A DNA stretch of 32,000 nt from Halorhodospira halophila SL1 (GTDB taxonomy: Bacteria > Pseudomonadota > Gammaproteobacteria > Nitrococcales > Halorhodospiraceae). Below the pieces are notes generated by a model, which had not been told where the DNA came from, did no database searches, and saw only the letters and a list, made by a program, of their open reading frames with translations. Below are positions 1 to 10,312 of this stretch, in pieces. Both the position numbers and the translations under genes were made by a program. The number at the start of each line of letters is the position of its first letter. Within the stretch, counting starts at the first letter, position 1. Location of the stretch: assembly GCF_000015585.1 (NCBI RefSeq), contig NC_008789.1:30001-62000 (forward strand), in the 5' to 3' direction.

Positions 1-540
1 GACCGGCATCGCGGCTCGATAATGGCCGTCCGCCACCTGACCGATGGCCTCATCGGCCGGGATCACGTGCGACCAGATATCCTCGTGCTCCTCGTCCAGC
101 CCATGGACCCCTCCCGCCTGGCTGGTGTCACAGCGGGCGCAGTAAAGTACGACCCGCTCGGTGCTCCCGCCTGGGCTGGGCAGGTAGTCGGCAATCGGGC
201 GCAGATCCTCGATGTGCACATTGGCCTCTTCCAGCGCCTCGCGGATCGCCACCGAGCGAGGATCCTCACCCGGCTCCGCGATACCGGCGATGGTCTCGGT
301 GATCCAGGCACCGCGGTTGTCATCGATCGCACCGACCCGGAACTGCTCGACCAGGACCACCTCATCCCGCTCGGGGTCGTAGGGCAGGACACCGACGGCC
401 AGGCCGCGGACCAGGCACTCACGCGTCAGCTCCGGGGTCATCCCGCCTTCGAACTTGGCGTGGCGCAGACGGACCCGGTCCAGGCGCAGGAATCCTTCGT
501 GACAGGGATCGCGGCCGAGGATCTCGAAACGGTGCGCCAT
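1..540 (-). CDS. nudF: ADP-ribose pyrophosphatase (Nudix hydrolase); C-terminus cut by the window edge
   Basis: Absent from the ORF track because no stop lies in the window. Manual translation from ATG (complement of 538-540) gives MAHRFEILGRDPCHEGFLRLDRVRLRHAKFEGG...VLPYDPERDEVVLVEQFRVGA...AGIAEPGEDPRSVAIREALEEANV (Nudix box)...SPGGSTERVVLY...HGLDEEHEDI. This is collinear with E. coli NudF as I recall it. An SD GAGGGAG lies about 7 nt upstream. Confidence 0.85.
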   Translation of the reverse strand, partial: MAHRFEILGRDPCHEGFLRLDRVRLRHAKFEGGMTPELTRECLVRGLAVGVLPYDPERDEVVLVEQFRVGAIDDNRGAWITETIAGIAEPGEDPRSVAIREALEEANVHIEDLRPIADYLPSPGGSTERVVLYCARCDTSQAGGVHGLDEEHEDIWSHVIPADEAIGQVADGHYRAAMPV

Positions 541-557
541 TGCTCTACTCCCTCGAT

Positions 558-1862
558 TCAGTCGCGGTCAAAGACCGCGAAGCTCTCCACATGGGCGGTA
601 TGCGGGAACATGTCCATGATACCCGCAGCATTCAGGCGGAAGCCGTGCTCGGCGACGAGAATCCCCGCATCGCGGGCCAGCGTTGCCGGGCCACAGGAGC
701 AGTAGACCACCCGCCGGGCCCCGGTGCCGGCAACCGCGGAGAGTACCTCCTGGGCACCGGAGCGTGGCGGGTCGAGGAGCACGGCATCGAACCCCCCCGC
801 CACGCGCCGGGTTCCCTCCTCGGTGGCCAGATCCGCCACAGCGAAATCGGCGTGCAGACCGTTGGCCGCGGCATTCTCCTCCGCTCGCTCGACGAGTCGT
901 GGGTCGCCCTCAATGCCGGTGACCGTCGCGCCCTCCCGTGCCAGTGGCAGGGTGAAATTACCCACGCCACAGAACAGGTCGAGTATGCGACGACCCGACT
1001 GCGGCTGCAGCCATTCCAGGGCGCGCTCGACCATGGCCATGTTGATGGAGGCGTTCACCTGGGTGAAATCCGTGGGCAGGAACGCCACCTCGACCCCGTA
1101 GGGCGACAGTGCATAGCTTAGCTGCGGGGCCGGTTGCGGTGCCACGGGGGTCACCGTCGATTCATCCCCCGGTTGCCGGAGGATCGTCAGGCCGGTGGCC
1201 TCGGCGAAATCGCTCAGCCGATCCAGATCATCCTCGGTCAACGGCGCCAGGTGGCGGAACACCAGCGCCGCGTGCTTGTCGCCGCAGGCTACCTCGATCT
1301 GCGGGATGCGGTCGGGGATGGAGAGCGAACCGACCAGCTCGGCCAGCCCCTGCATCCGCTCGCCCACACGCGGGTCGAGGACCGGACAGTACTCCACCGG
1401 GGCGACCAGCGGGCTGTGCTTCTCGCGGAAGCCGACCAGCACCCCGCCCTTTTTGGGCACATGCTTGACGGCGAGCCGTGCCTTGCGCCGATACCCCCAC
1501 GCGGGACCAGTCAACGGTGCCAGCCACTGCTCCGGCTCGACGCCGCCGATACGCTGCAGCTGTTCGGCCAGGACGCGCTCCTTGTGGGCGATCTGCGCCT
1601 CAGCGGGCAGGTGTTGGAGCGCACACCCCCCGCAGTTGCCGAAATGTTCGCAACCCGGCGCGATCCGCTCGGCTGCTGGCTCCAGAATCTCGATGGCCGT
1701 CGCCTCGGCCCGCTGACGGCGCAGCTTGGTATACCGGTAGCGGATCCGCTCGCCGGGCAAGGCGAAATCGACAAAGACCGGGCGACCCTGATCGTCGTGG
1801 GTGATCCCCCGCCCCTCGTGGGCCATGCCCTCGATACGGGCCTCCACCGGCTCGCGAGACAT
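558..1862 (-). CDS. rlmD: 23S rRNA (uracil-C5)-methyltransferase RlmD/RumA
   Basis: ORF 558..2081 trimmed to the internal ATG (complement 1860-1862; MSREPVEARIEG...), which lies 7 nt after the upstream gene's stop. It has a TRAM-like N-terminus, the Fe-S Cys cluster CEHFGNCGGCALQH, the SAM-binding motif LDLFCGVGNFTLPLA, LLDPPRSG, and the C-terminal YCSCGPATLARD. Confidence 0.9.
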   Translation of the reverse strand: MSREPVEARIEGMAHEGRGITHDDQGRPVFVDFALPGERIRYRYTKLRRQRAEATAIEILEPAAERIAPGCEHFGNCGGCALQHLPAEAQIAHKERVLAEQLQRIGGVEPEQWLAPLTGPAWGYRRKARLAVKHVPKKGGVLVGFREKHSPLVAPVEYCPVLDPRVGERMQGLAELVGSLSIPDRIPQIEVACGDKHAALVFRHLAPLTEDDLDRLSDFAEATGLTILRQPGDESTVTPVAPQPAPQLSYALSPYGVEVAFLPTDFTQVNASINMAMVERALEWLQPQSGRRILDLFCGVGNFTLPLAREGATVTGIEGDPRLVERAEENAAANGLHADFAVADLATEEGTRRVAGGFDAVLLDPPRSGAQEVLSAVAGTGARRVVYCSCGPATLARDAGILVAEHGFRLNAAGIMDMFPHTAHVESFAVFDRD

Positions 1863-1869
1863 GCGCCGC

Positions 1870-2643
1870 TTACGCCCCACGCCAGGCCTCCAGGAAGTTG
1901 CGCAGATGGGTCCGATCGGTGGCCTCGAGGGCCGCCGCGACGCGGTCGGTCTCGTTCTGGTAGTCGGTCTGGTCGAGGGCGCCGCGGAAATGCTGGAAGC
2001 GCAGATACAGCAGGTAGGTGTTGAGCACGTCGGTCTCGCAATAGTCGCGCACCGCCTCGATCTCGCCCCGGGCGACGGCATCGGCCACCGCAGCGCCGCT
2101 CATGCCCATCTTTCCGGGCAGGCCGCACAACGTGGCCACCTCATCCAGCGGGGCGGCCCCCCGCATCTGGAATGAAGACAGCACGTCCATCAGGTCGAGA
2201 TGGCGATCGTGGTAGCGATTGAGATAGTTGTTGAAACGGAAGGCGCGGTCGTGATCGCCGGTCTCCCAGTAACGGGGGGCGCTGACGCCGTTGATCAGGG
2301 CACGGTGATGTAACACCGGGATGTCAAAGCCGTTGCCGTTCCAGGAGACCAGGTTCGGGATGTAGCGATCGAGTCCCTCGAAGAAACGCTCGAGAAGGGC
2401 TGACTCGCCGTCCTCGGGATCCCCCAGGGACCAGACGCGGAAGCGCCCCTCGACCAGCCCGGCCAGGGAGATGGCCACCACGCGGTGCAGGTGGAGCCGC
2501 GGGAACTCGCTGCCGGTCTCCTGGCGGCGGCGCGCCGCCATGGCCCGGGAAACATCGGTGTCCTCCAGGCCCTCCAGGCCGTAGACCACCCGGCCACCGG
2601 CCAGGTCGGGAACGGTCTCGATATCAAAAGCGAGCACGTTCAT
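1870..2643 (-). CDS. Stand-alone DEDD 3'-5' exonuclease related to the PolB exonuclease domain (RNase H-like fold); function unknown
   Basis: 257-aa ORF with an SD GGAGAG upstream. Exo I AFDIETVPD, Exo II WNGNGFDIPVL and Exo III RDYCETDVLNTY are all present. It is packed tightly between acpS and rlmD. Confidence 0.75.
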   Translation of the reverse strand: MNVLAFDIETVPDLAGGRVVYGLEGLEDTDVSRAMAARRRQETGSEFPRLHLHRVVAISLAGLVEGRFRVWSLGDPEDGESALLERFFEGLDRYIPNLVSWNGNGFDIPVLHHRALINGVSAPRYWETGDHDRAFRFNNYLNRYHDRHLDLMDVLSSFQMRGAAPLDEVATLCGLPGKMGMSGAAVADAVARGEIEAVRDYCETDVLNTYLLYLRFQHFRGALDQTDYQNETDRVAAALEATDRTHLRNFLEAWRGA

Positions 2644-2661
2644 CGGTTCTCTCCATGTCGA

Positions 2662-3042
2662 TCAGCCGGTTACCAGGATCACGAAAGCTACGGCGTATTC
2701 CCGCTCGTCACTCAGGCTCAGGGCTGCCTCGCTGACGCCCAGGGCCACCGCCCGTTCGGCCGCCGCGCCGTGGAACCGCAGCGACGGTTGCCCCCGGACA
2801 TCGTGGACCACCTCGAGGTCGCGCAGGGTCACGCCATCGCTGAACCCGGTTCCCAGGGCCTTGGAGGCCGCCTCCTTGGCTGCGAAGCGGCGGGCCAGAA
2901 ACGCCGCCGTGGCGCCGCCCTCCCGAAAGTTGAGAAGCTCGGTCGGGGCCAGGATGCGTTGAGCAAACCGCTCACCGTGCCGCTCCAGGGCGCGTTCGAG
3001 CCGCACCACGGCTACGATATCCGTGCCGATGCCGGCGATCAT
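2662..3042 (-). CDS. acpS: Holo-[acyl-carrier-protein] synthase (4'-phosphopantetheinyl transferase)
   Basis: 126 aa, [19 protein letters not shown]...[14 protein letters not shown]. Its ATG overlaps the pdxJ stop (ATGA, 3039-3042), the same pdxJ-acpS order as in E. coli. Confidence 0.92.
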   Translation of the reverse strand: MIAGIGTDIVAVVRLERALERHGERFAQRILAPTELLNFREGGATAAFLARRFAAKEAASKALGTGFSDGVTLRDLEVVHDVRGQPSLRFHGAAAERAVALGVSEAALSLSDEREYAVAFVILVTG

Positions 3043-3773
3043 GCCGCCGACCGCATGAGGCGCTTCATCTCGGCGACAGCCGGGGCCAGTCCCTCAAAGA
3101 CCGCGCGGGCGACAATGGCGTGGCCGATGTTGAGCTCGGCCATGGCGGGCAGCGTGGCCACCGCCTCGACGTTGTGGTAGTGCAGACCGTGTCCGGCATT
3201 CACCTGCAGACCGGCATCGCGGGCCCGTGCCGCAGCGACCCGAAGACGCTCAAGCTCGCGGTGCTGGATCTTGGCGTCCGTGGCATCGGCGTACGCCCCG
3301 GTGTGCAGCTCGATCACCGGCGCCCCGGCGGTCGCTGCGGCGTCGATCTGCTCCGGGTCCGGGTCGATGAACAGCGAGACCCGGATACCGGCCTCGCCGA
3401 GGCGGCGACAGGCCTGCTCCAGCCGCTGGACGTCTCCGGCGACGTCCAGCCCGCCCTCGGTGGTCAATTCGGCGCGACGTTCCGGCACCAGGCAGCAGTC
3501 TGCAGGAGCTAGACGCGTCGCGATGCCGATCATCTCCTCGGTGACCGCCATCTCCAGATTGACGCGGGTTTGGACGTGGCGCTGCAGCTCCTCGACGTCA
3601 CGATCCTGGATATGCCGACGATCCTCGCGCAGGTGGACGGTAATCGCATCGGCACCGCCGCGTTCGGCCTCGGCCGCGGCGTAGAGGATATCCGGATAAC
3701 GCGTACCGCGCGCCTGACGCAGCGTGGCGACGTGATCGATATTGACACCGAGTTGAATACGCCCTGTGGACAT
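3039..3773 (-). CDS. pdxJ: Pyridoxine 5'-phosphate synthase
   Basis: [21 protein letters not shown]...[12 protein letters not shown]...ELHTG...NAGHGL. I chose the ATG at complement 3771-3773 (MSTGRIQ...) because GGGAGA lies 5 nt upstream and it avoids overlap with recO. The ORF-track start at 3800 is the alternative. Confidence 0.9.
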   Translation of the reverse strand: MSTGRIQLGVNIDHVATLRQARGTRYPDILYAAAEAERGGADAITVHLREDRRHIQDRDVEELQRHVQTRVNLEMAVTEEMIGIATRLAPADCCLVPERRAELTTEGGLDVAGDVQRLEQACRRLGEAGIRVSLFIDPDPEQIDAAATAGAPVIELHTGAYADATDAKIQHRELERLRVAAARARDAGLQVNAGHGLHYHNVEAVATLPAMAELNIGHAIVARAVFEGLAPAVAEMKRLMRSAA

Positions 3774-3796
3774 AGGTCTCCCAGAATGCCGTCCCA

Positions 3797-4546
3797 TCAA
3801 TCGCGCAGCGAGCGGAACATCTCGCGACTGCGCAGTCGGCGCCCACCCAGATGCTGCTGGATCACCGCCCGCATCAGCCGCCGCGCCTCGCTGCGCACCG
3901 GTTCTTCAGACAACCCCTGCCCTTCCGTGGCCGCTAGTGCCAGCAGTGTGGCACCACTGACCTCCACGCCGCACTCGCCCGTGCCTGCCCGGTCCGCCCC
4001 CCGTTCCGGGGAGTAACGATATCGCGCCTGCGCCACGACCGGCTCGCCGTGGACGTCCTGTTCCAATTCCAACCCGTAGCCGCTCTCTTCAAGAAGGGCC
4101 AGCTCGAAGCGCCGCAGTGCAGGCTCCGCATCGTCCGTGGCCAGGCAATCCACGGCTACGGCGTAGCGTTCCCACGTGCGCGGGTGCGGGTCCTCACGAC
4201 GGGTCAGGGCCAGCAGAACTTCCGCCATGTAAAAACCGCACGCCAGCGCCCCGCCCCGCAGGGCGTAACCGCGTCCTGCCTGATCGACGGTGGTCAGAGT
4301 CTTGAGGTCGCCGCGCCCACGCCAGCTCACCTGAAGCGGGATGAAGGGCTCGAGTTGCCCGCTCCAGCCCCGTCGCCGCACGCCGTTGGCGACCGCGCCG
4401 ATGCGTCCATACTCTTGGCTGAACAGTTCCACCAGGGTGCTGCTCTCCCGAAAGGCGCGGCGGTGAAGCACCCAGGCCGGCTGCCCCTGCGCGCCGTTCA
4501 ATCCGTATACCCGAGCTCGTCCAGCGCCCGGCGATCGTTCGTCCAC
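3797..4546 (-). CDS. recO: DNA repair protein RecO
   Basis: [33 protein letters not shown]...[14 protein letters not shown]...[16 protein letters not shown] is collinear with E. coli RecO. The track start is GTG 4546, overlapping era by 49 nt. An alternative TTG at 4499-4501 overlaps the era stop as TTGA and would give an N-terminus of E. coli-like length. The start is unresolved. Confidence 0.85.
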   Translation of the reverse strand: MDERSPGAGRARVYGLNGAQGQPAWVLHRRAFRESSTLVELFSQEYGRIGAVANGVRRRGWSGQLEPFIPLQVSWRGRGDLKTLTTVDQAGRGYALRGGALACGFYMAEVLLALTRREDPHPRTWERYAVAVDCLATDDAEPALRRFELALLEESGYGLELEQDVHGEPVVAQARYRYSPERGADRAGTGECGVEVSGATLLALAATEGQGLSEEPVRSEARRLMRAVIQQHLGGRRLRSREMFRSLRD

Positions 4547-5415
4547 TGCTCCTTGATCTTGGTCCAGAGTTCCAGGTGGACCCGCTCGCCGAGCAGGTTC
4601 TCCATCTGCAACCGGGCGCTGCGACCGATCTTCTTCAGCCGTTCTCCGCCGCGGCCGATCACGATCGGTTTCTGCCCATCGCTCTCGACCCAGATGACCG
4701 CCGCCACGCGGGTCATGCCTTCCTCACGGTGAAGCTGTTCGATCTGCACGCTGGTGGTGTACGGCAGCTCGTCCCCGAGGTTGAGCATGAGCTGCTCGCG
4801 GACCAGCTCACCGAGCCGGAAACCCAGATCGCGATCGGTGATCTGATCGGCCGGGAACAGCGGCGGACCCGACGGCAATCGCTGGATGGTCTCCCGCTCC
4901 AGGGCGTCCAGGTTCTCCCCGCGTGTCGCCGAGACCGGCACCAGCGCAGCGAAATCCCGCTGCTCAGCCAGCCACTCCAGATGCGGCAGGAGCAGTCGCT
5001 TGTCCTGGACCCGATCGACCTGGTTCACCGCCACAATTACCGGGGCGTCCACGTCAGCAAGGCGCTCCAGGACCCGCTGGTCATCTTCCTTCCACTCGGT
5101 GCCGCGGACCACGAAGACCACCACATCGATGTCTTCCAGGGCACCGTGAGCGGCACGATTGAGCTGACGATTCAGGGCCCGCTTGGCGGACTGATGCATG
5201 CCCGGGGTGTCCACCAGCACCATCTGAGCATCGGGACGATTGAGCACGCCGAGGATACGATGGCGCGTGGTCTGCGGCTTGCGCGTGACGATGCTGACCT
5301 TCTCGCCTAACAAGGCGTTGAGCAGGGTCGACTTGCCGACGTTGGGCCGACCGACGAGGGCGCACAGGCCGCTGTGCTCCACTGTCGGGATGGCATCACT
5401 GGATGGTTCATTCAT
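4498..5415 (-). CDS. era: GTPase Era
   Basis: ORF 4498..5586 trimmed to ATG complement 5413-5415 (MNEPSSDAIPTVEHSGLCALVGRPNVGKSTLLN). G1 GRPNVGKS, G3 DTPG and a G4-like NQVD are present, with a C-terminal KH region. The start overlaps the rnc stop by 8 nt. Confidence 0.92.
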   Translation of the reverse strand: MNEPSSDAIPTVEHSGLCALVGRPNVGKSTLLNALLGEKVSIVTRKPQTTRHRILGVLNRPDAQMVLVDTPGMHQSAKRALNRQLNRAAHGALEDIDVVVFVVRGTEWKEDDQRVLERLADVDAPVIVAVNQVDRVQDKRLLLPHLEWLAEQRDFAALVPVSATRGENLDALERETIQRLPSGPPLFPADQITDRDLGFRLGELVREQLMLNLGDELPYTTSVQIEQLHREEGMTRVAAVIWVESDGQKPIVIGRGGERLKKIGRSARLQMENLLGERVHLELWTKIKEQWTNDRRALDELGYTD

Positions 5416-6112
5416 GCCCGGACCCTCCTCCTTCCGCCGACTCGGCTCCGATTTCGACCAGCATCGCCTCGGCGGCCCGCTGCTCGGCCTGCCTGCGGCT
5501 GCCGGCCTCGCCGAGGGTCGTTTGTTCGCTGTCGCTGAGCCGGCACTCGACCTGAAACCGCTGATGATGGGCTCGCCCCCGGACATCCAGGACCTGGTAA
5601 CCCGGCAGCGGCCGGCGAGTCGACTGCAGAACCTCCTGCAGACGGGTCTTGGGATCCTTGAGGACCGCCTTGTCGGGCAGGCTCTCCAGTCGTGAACGGT
5701 ACAACCCGGTGATCACCCGCGCTGCGGTTTCGAAACCGGCGTCCAGATAGACCGCGCCGAACACCGCCTCCAGGGCGTCGGCAAGGATGGAGTCGCGCCG
5801 GTGGCCGCCGCTTTTGAGTTCGCCGCCGCCCAGCCGGAGGTGGTCGCCCAGCTCAATATCCCGAGCGATGGCCGCCAGGCTGGAGCGATTGACCAGGCTG
5901 GCGCGGAGTCGCGACAGAGTCCCCTCGCTATCCGTCGGTCGCCGATGGAACACTTCGTGGGCGACGACGAAATTCAGAACCGAGTCACCGAGGAATTCCA
6001 GACGTTCATTGTGCCGGCCACCGGCACTTCGGTGCGTGACCGCCTCCTGGAGGCGCTCCAACTCCAGGAATTGGTAGTCGAGACGCTGTTGCAGGCGTTC
6101 CAGATCGGACAT
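5408..6112 (-). CDS. rnc: Ribonuclease III
   Basis: 234 aa with the signature NERLEFLGDSVLNFVV and a C-terminal dsRBD. rnc-era-recO order as in E. coli. Confidence 0.93.
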   Translation of the reverse strand: MSDLERLQQRLDYQFLELERLQEAVTHRSAGGRHNERLEFLGDSVLNFVVAHEVFHRRPTDSEGTLSRLRASLVNRSSLAAIARDIELGDHLRLGGGELKSGGHRRDSILADALEAVFGAVYLDAGFETAARVITGLYRSRLESLPDKAVLKDPKTRLQEVLQSTRRPLPGYQVLDVRGRAHHQRFQVECRLSDSEQTTLGEAGSRRQAEQRAAEAMLVEIGAESAEGGGSGHE

Positions 6113-6116
6113 GGGC

Positions 6117-6878
6117 TTATTCGATCCGCTGGCCGATACGGTCCCAGGCGATACCGCCCTCCTCGCTGTCCCAGCTCATCCAGATCAGGAACGCGCGGCC
6201 GGCCAGGTAATCGTCCGAGACCGGTCCCCACATGCGGCTGTCCGCGCTGCGGTCCCGGTTATCACCGACCGTAAAGTACTTGCCCTCGGGTACCGTGTAG
6301 GTGAAATTCGCCGACTGGGAGGCAGGATGGTGGAGGATGCTGTACTCACGCCCGGCGACGCGTTCGGTTCGCAGAACGGAGGGCTGATCCGGATCGGCCC
6401 CGGGGCCCGCGTAGCGATCCTCGCCCTCTTGCTCCAGACGCTCGCCGTTCACGTAAAACGTCCGGTCCTGGTAGCGGATCTCGTCCCCGGGGAGCCCAAT
6501 CACGCGCTTGATGTAGTCCTGGCTCGGGTCGACCGGATAGCGAAACACGGCCACTTCGCCACGCTCCGGCTCGCCGTCGCCGAACAGCCGGCTCCGCAGC
6601 ACCGGAAGCCGGACGCCGTAGGAGACCTTGTTCACCAGGATGAAATCGCCGGCCTGCAGCGTCGGCAGCATCGAACCGGAGGGGATGCGGAACGGTTCGG
6701 CGACGAACGAGCGGACCAGCAGCACGATGAGGATGATCGGGAAGAGCGATCGCGGTAGATCGATATACCACGGGTCGCGGTCGCGATCGATGTTCTCGCG
6801 ATGACGCAGCCACCGGTCCCATCCCCATACCAGGCCGGTGAGCAGGGTCAGTACAACAAGGAGGATCTCAAAGTCCAT
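6117..6878 (-). CDS. lepB: Signal peptidase I
   Basis: N-terminal TM segment, catalytic Ser box IPSGSMLPTL, Lys box YIKRVIGLPGD, and GDNRDRSADSR. Confidence 0.92.
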   Translation of the reverse strand: MDFEILLVVLTLLTGLVWGWDRWLRHRENIDRDRDPWYIDLPRSLFPIILIVLLVRSFVAEPFRIPSGSMLPTLQAGDFILVNKVSYGVRLPVLRSRLFGDGEPERGEVAVFRYPVDPSQDYIKRVIGLPGDEIRYQDRTFYVNGERLEQEGEDRYAGPGADPDQPSVLRTERVAGREYSILHHPASQSANFTYTVPEGKYFTVGDNRDRSADSRMWGPVSDDYLAGRAFLIWMSWDSEEGGIAWDRIGQRIE

Positions 6879-6887
6879 GGGCGTCCG

Positions 6888-8687
6888 TTAGTCTTTTGAA
6901 TCGTCGACCCGCAGCACGGCGAGGAAGGCGTCCTGCGGGATCTCCACCTTACCGACCTGCTTCATGCGCTTCTTGCCCTCCTTCTGTTTCTCGAGGAGCT
7001 TGCGCTTCCGAGAGGCATCGCCGCCGTAGCATTTAGCGGTCACGTTCTTACGCATCGCCTTGACGGTACTGCGGGCGATGATCTGTCCGCCAATGGCCGC
7101 CTGGATCGCCACCTCGAACATCTGCCGCGGGATGATCTCCTTGAGTCGCTCCACGAGGGCCCGCCCACGGTGATAGGAGTGCTCACGATGGACGATGTTC
7201 GATAGCGCGTCGACGCGATCACCATTGATCAGGACGTCGAGCTTGACCAGATCGTCGGCCTGGAAGCGCTTAAGCTCATAATCGAAGGAGGCGAAACCGC
7301 GGGTCGCCGACTTGAGGCGGTCGAAGAAATCGAGTACCACCTCGCTGAGCGGCATCTCGTAGACCAGCGAGATCTGCTGGCCGACGTACTGCATCTCCTT
7401 CTGAACCCCGCGCTTCTCCTCGCAGAGGGCGAGCACGTTGCCGATGTACTCCTGGGGCACCAGGATGCTTGCCTCGATGATCGGCTCCTGGATCTCCTCG
7501 ATCTCGCCGTTCGGCGGCAGGTTGGCCGGATTGTCGATCTCCAGCTCCTGACCGTCGCGGGTGATCACATGGTGGACTACCGTCGGCGCGGTCGTGACCA
7601 GATCCAGGTCGTACTCCCGCTCAAGGCGCTCCTGGATGATCTCCATATGCAGCATGCCGAGGAAGCCGACCCGGAACCCGAACCCCAGTGCCTGAGAGTT
7701 CTCGGGCTCGTAGTTCAGCGCCGCGTCATTGAGTCGCAGCTTGCCGAGCGCGGTGCGCAGGGCCTCGAACTCGTCGGAGCTGGTGGGGAAGAGACCGGCG
7801 AAAACCCGCGGTTGGACCTGCTTGAAGCCGGGGACCGGGGTCTCGGCGGGCTCCTGGGCGCGAGTCAGCGTGGCGCCGACCGGGGCGCCGTCGATGTCCT
7901 TGATCCCGGCCACCACATACCCGACCTGGCCGGTACCGAGACGGTCCTGGGGGGTGCGCTTGGGGGTAAAGATGCCCAGCTCGTCGACCTGGAACTCCCG
8001 ATCCGTGGCCATGACACGGATCCGGTCCCCCTTGCGCAGCTCGCCATCAAAAACCCGGGCCAGGCAGACCACACCCAGGTAATTGTCGAACCAGGAGTCC
8101 ATGATCAGCGCCTTCAGCGGTGCATCGGGGCGCCCTTTCGGCGGCGGGACGCGCTGGACCAGTGCCTCGAGCAGATCCTCGACCCCCTCACCGGTCTTGG
8201 CGCTGACCATCAACGCCTCGGCACCATCCAGGCCGATGATCTCCTCGATCTGCTCGAGCACCTGCTCCGGTTCCGCCGATGGCAGGTCGATCTTGTTCAG
8301 GACCGGGATGATCTCCAGATCCTGCTCCAGGGCCGTATAGCAGTTGGCGACGCTTTGCGCCTCGACCCCTTGGGAGGCATCCACCACCAGCAGGGCCCCC
8401 TCACAGGCAGCTAGGGAGCGCGAAACCTCGTAGGAGAAGTCGACGTGGCCCGGTGTGTCGATGAAGTTCAGCTCGTAGGTCTGACCGTCCCGGGCGTGAT
8501 ACTTCAGCGAGACGCTCTGCGCCTTGATGGTGATCCCCCGCTCACGCTCCAGGTCCATGGAATCGAGCACCTGGTCGCGGCTCTCCCGCTCGCTCAGGGT
8601 TCCGGCGACCTGGATGAATCGATCCGAGAGGGTGCTCTTCCCGTGATCGATGTGTGCGATGATCGAGAAGTTGCGGATATTCTCCAT
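6888..8687 (-). CDS. lepA: Translation elongation factor 4 (LepA)
   Basis: ORF 6888..8873 trimmed to ATG complement 8685-8687 ([23 protein letters not shown]). DTPGHVDF and NKIDL are present, and the C-terminus is LepA-specific. The 62-codon N-terminal extension in the track reads through the upstream terminator. Confidence 0.93.
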   Translation of the reverse strand: MENIRNFSIIAHIDHGKSTLSDRFIQVAGTLSERESRDQVLDSMDLERERGITIKAQSVSLKYHARDGQTYELNFIDTPGHVDFSYEVSRSLAACEGALLVVDASQGVEAQSVANCYTALEQDLEIIPVLNKIDLPSAEPEQVLEQIEEIIGLDGAEALMVSAKTGEGVEDLLEALVQRVPPPKGRPDAPLKALIMDSWFDNYLGVVCLARVFDGELRKGDRIRVMATDREFQVDELGIFTPKRTPQDRLGTGQVGYVVAGIKDIDGAPVGATLTRAQEPAETPVPGFKQVQPRVFAGLFPTSSDEFEALRTALGKLRLNDAALNYEPENSQALGFGFRVGFLGMLHMEIIQERLEREYDLDLVTTAPTVVHHVITRDGQELEIDNPANLPPNGEIEEIQEPIIEASILVPQEYIGNVLALCEEKRGVQKEMQYVGQQISLVYEMPLSEVVLDFFDRLKSATRGFASFDYELKRFQADDLVKLDVLINGDRVDALSNIVHREHSYHRGRALVERLKEIIPRQMFEVAIQAAIGGQIIARSTVKAMRKNVTAKCYGGDASRKRKLLEKQKEGKKRMKQVGKVEIPQDAFLAVLRVDDSKD

Positions 8688-8723
8688 GCGTTGCTCGGTC
8701 CTGCCTTGCCGCCGGTTCCAACG

Positions 8724-8753
8724 AAAAAAAACGCCGCCCGCGCACGGGCAGCG
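8724..8753 (-). terminator. Rho-independent terminator downstream of mucD
   Basis: Minus-strand RNA reads GCUGCCCG-UGCG-CGGGCGGC, an 8-bp stem with one G-U pair and a 4-nt loop. It is followed by G and a run of 8 U (plus-strand A-run 8724-8731). It lies 26 nt after the mucD stop. Confidence 0.75.
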
Positions 8754-8778
8754 CCCGTATTCTACGCGTTTCGACGCC

Positions 8779-10248
8779 TCAGGGCATTTGCAATGCCAGA
8801 AAACTCGGGTGCCCGTCGCGAATGACCAGCACCGGCACGGTGCTACCGGGGTCGGCGGCAGCCGCACCGTCATTGAGGTCCTCCGCGGAGTGAACCGGCT
8901 GGCGATCGAAGCTCACCAACACGTCGCCGACCTGCAAGCCTGCGTCGGCCGCCGGCCCCTCCTCGACGGACGTGATCAGCACCCCGCCCTCGTCGTCTAG
9001 CTCCAACTGCTGTCGGGTGGTGTCGTCCACCGGCTCCACCTGCAGGCCCAGATCACTGCCACCGCCGCCCTCTACGGCGTCCGACGGGGCGGCGAGTTCA
9101 TCCTCGCCCGGCAACTCCGCCACCTCGACCTCCAGGGTCTTCTCCTCACCATCCCGCAGGATCAGCAACTCGACGGTCCGCCCAATGCTGGTACGCCCCA
9201 CCATGGGCGGCAGGGTCGCAGAGTTCTCCACCACCTCGCCGTCAAACTCGAGGATGACGTCGCCGCTCTCGATGCCGGCCTCGGCAGCCGGGCTATGGTC
9301 GAGCAGTTCCGAAACCAGAGCCCCGCGTGGACGCTCAAGGCCGAACCCCTCGGCAAGGTCTCGGGTGAGATCCTGGATGAGCACGCCGAGCCAGCCGCGC
9401 TCGACCTCGCCGGTGGCCTGGAGCTGCTCCGCCACATCGATGGCCAACTCGATGGGGATCGCGAACGACAGCCCCATGAAGCCGCCGGTGCGGCTGTAGA
9501 TTTGCGAATTGACCCCGACCACATCGCCCTCCAGATTGAACAGCGGCCCGCCGGAGTTCCCCGGGTTGATGGCCACATCGGTCTGGATGTAGGGCACGTA
9601 GTTCCCGTGGGGCAACGAGCGCCCCTTGGCGGAGACAATGCCGGCGGTGACCGAATGTTCGAAGCCGAAGGGCGAGCCGATGGCCAGCACCCATTCGCCA
9701 ACCTCGAGCTTTTCGGCACTGCCCACGGACACCGTCGGCAGCTCGTCGTCCGTATCGATCTCGACCACCGCCAGGTCGGTGCGCTCATCCGAGCCTACGA
9801 CGTCGGCGTCGTGTTCGCGACCATCCGAGAGGCGGACAATGACCTCGTCGGCCCGTGCCACGACGTGGTGATTAGTCAGGATCACTCCATCGTCGCTGAT
9901 CAGGAAGCCCGAGCCGAGGGATTGGCCGTCGTCACCGAACGGATCCGGTCCGGGCCGGGATCCTTCCAGGTCGGGGGTCTGCAGCGGGTCCAGCGGCGCA
10001 GAAACGGGACGCAGGCCAGAGGCCGGCGGCGGCCCCTGCTGGGGCTCGATCCCTTCGGGCAGCATCTCCTCCGGGGCCGACTGACCCGGAGCCTCCTGGC
10101 GGGTACTGATGTTGACCACAGCCGCGCTGTTCTCGCGAACCAGTTCGGTGAAGTCCGGCAGTTCGAGCGCACCGACGGGGGCGCTGACCCCCAGCCCTAG
10201 CCCGGCCGTCAGCGTGATCCGCGCCGGCCCCCGTTTGACTGTACCCAT
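8779..10248 (-). CDS. mucD: Periplasmic Do/DegP-family serine endoprotease (MucD/DegP type, two PDZ domains)
   Basis: 489 aa with a signal-like N-terminus. Catalytic His (ILTNHHVV) and catalytic Ser (GNSGGPLFN) are present, followed by two PDZ-like repeats. It sits directly downstream of rpoE-rseA-rseB, as in the pseudomonad algU-mucABCD cluster. Confidence 0.88.
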   Translation of the reverse strand: MGTVKRGPARITLTAGLGLGVSAPVGALELPDFTELVRENSAAVVNISTRQEAPGQSAPEEMLPEGIEPQQGPPPASGLRPVSAPLDPLQTPDLEGSRPGPDPFGDDGQSLGSGFLISDDGVILTNHHVVARADEVIVRLSDGREHDADVVGSDERTDLAVVEIDTDDELPTVSVGSAEKLEVGEWVLAIGSPFGFEHSVTAGIVSAKGRSLPHGNYVPYIQTDVAINPGNSGGPLFNLEGDVVGVNSQIYSRTGGFMGLSFAIPIELAIDVAEQLQATGEVERGWLGVLIQDLTRDLAEGFGLERPRGALVSELLDHSPAAEAGIESGDVILEFDGEVVENSATLPPMVGRTSIGRTVELLILRDGEEKTLEVEVAELPGEDELAAPSDAVEGGGGSDLGLQVEPVDDTTRQQLELDDEGGVLITSVEEGPAADAGLQVGDVLVSFDRQPVHSAEDLNDGAAAADPGSTVPVLVIRDGHPSFLALQMP

Positions 10249-10312
10249 CGATCCTTACCTTTATGCCGGTCAACCGGGTCGCGGTGCCGCGCGATCCGCC
10301 GTTGATGGAATG

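Noticed and set aside
8759-8764. TAGAAT (-10-like) on the minus strand just upstream of the mucD terminator hairpin, as a lepA promoter
   Set aside because: No acceptable -35 lies at 16-19 nt; the nearest TTGCAA is 23 nt away. A transcript from here would begin with the terminator itself. It is kept only as part of the read-through question.
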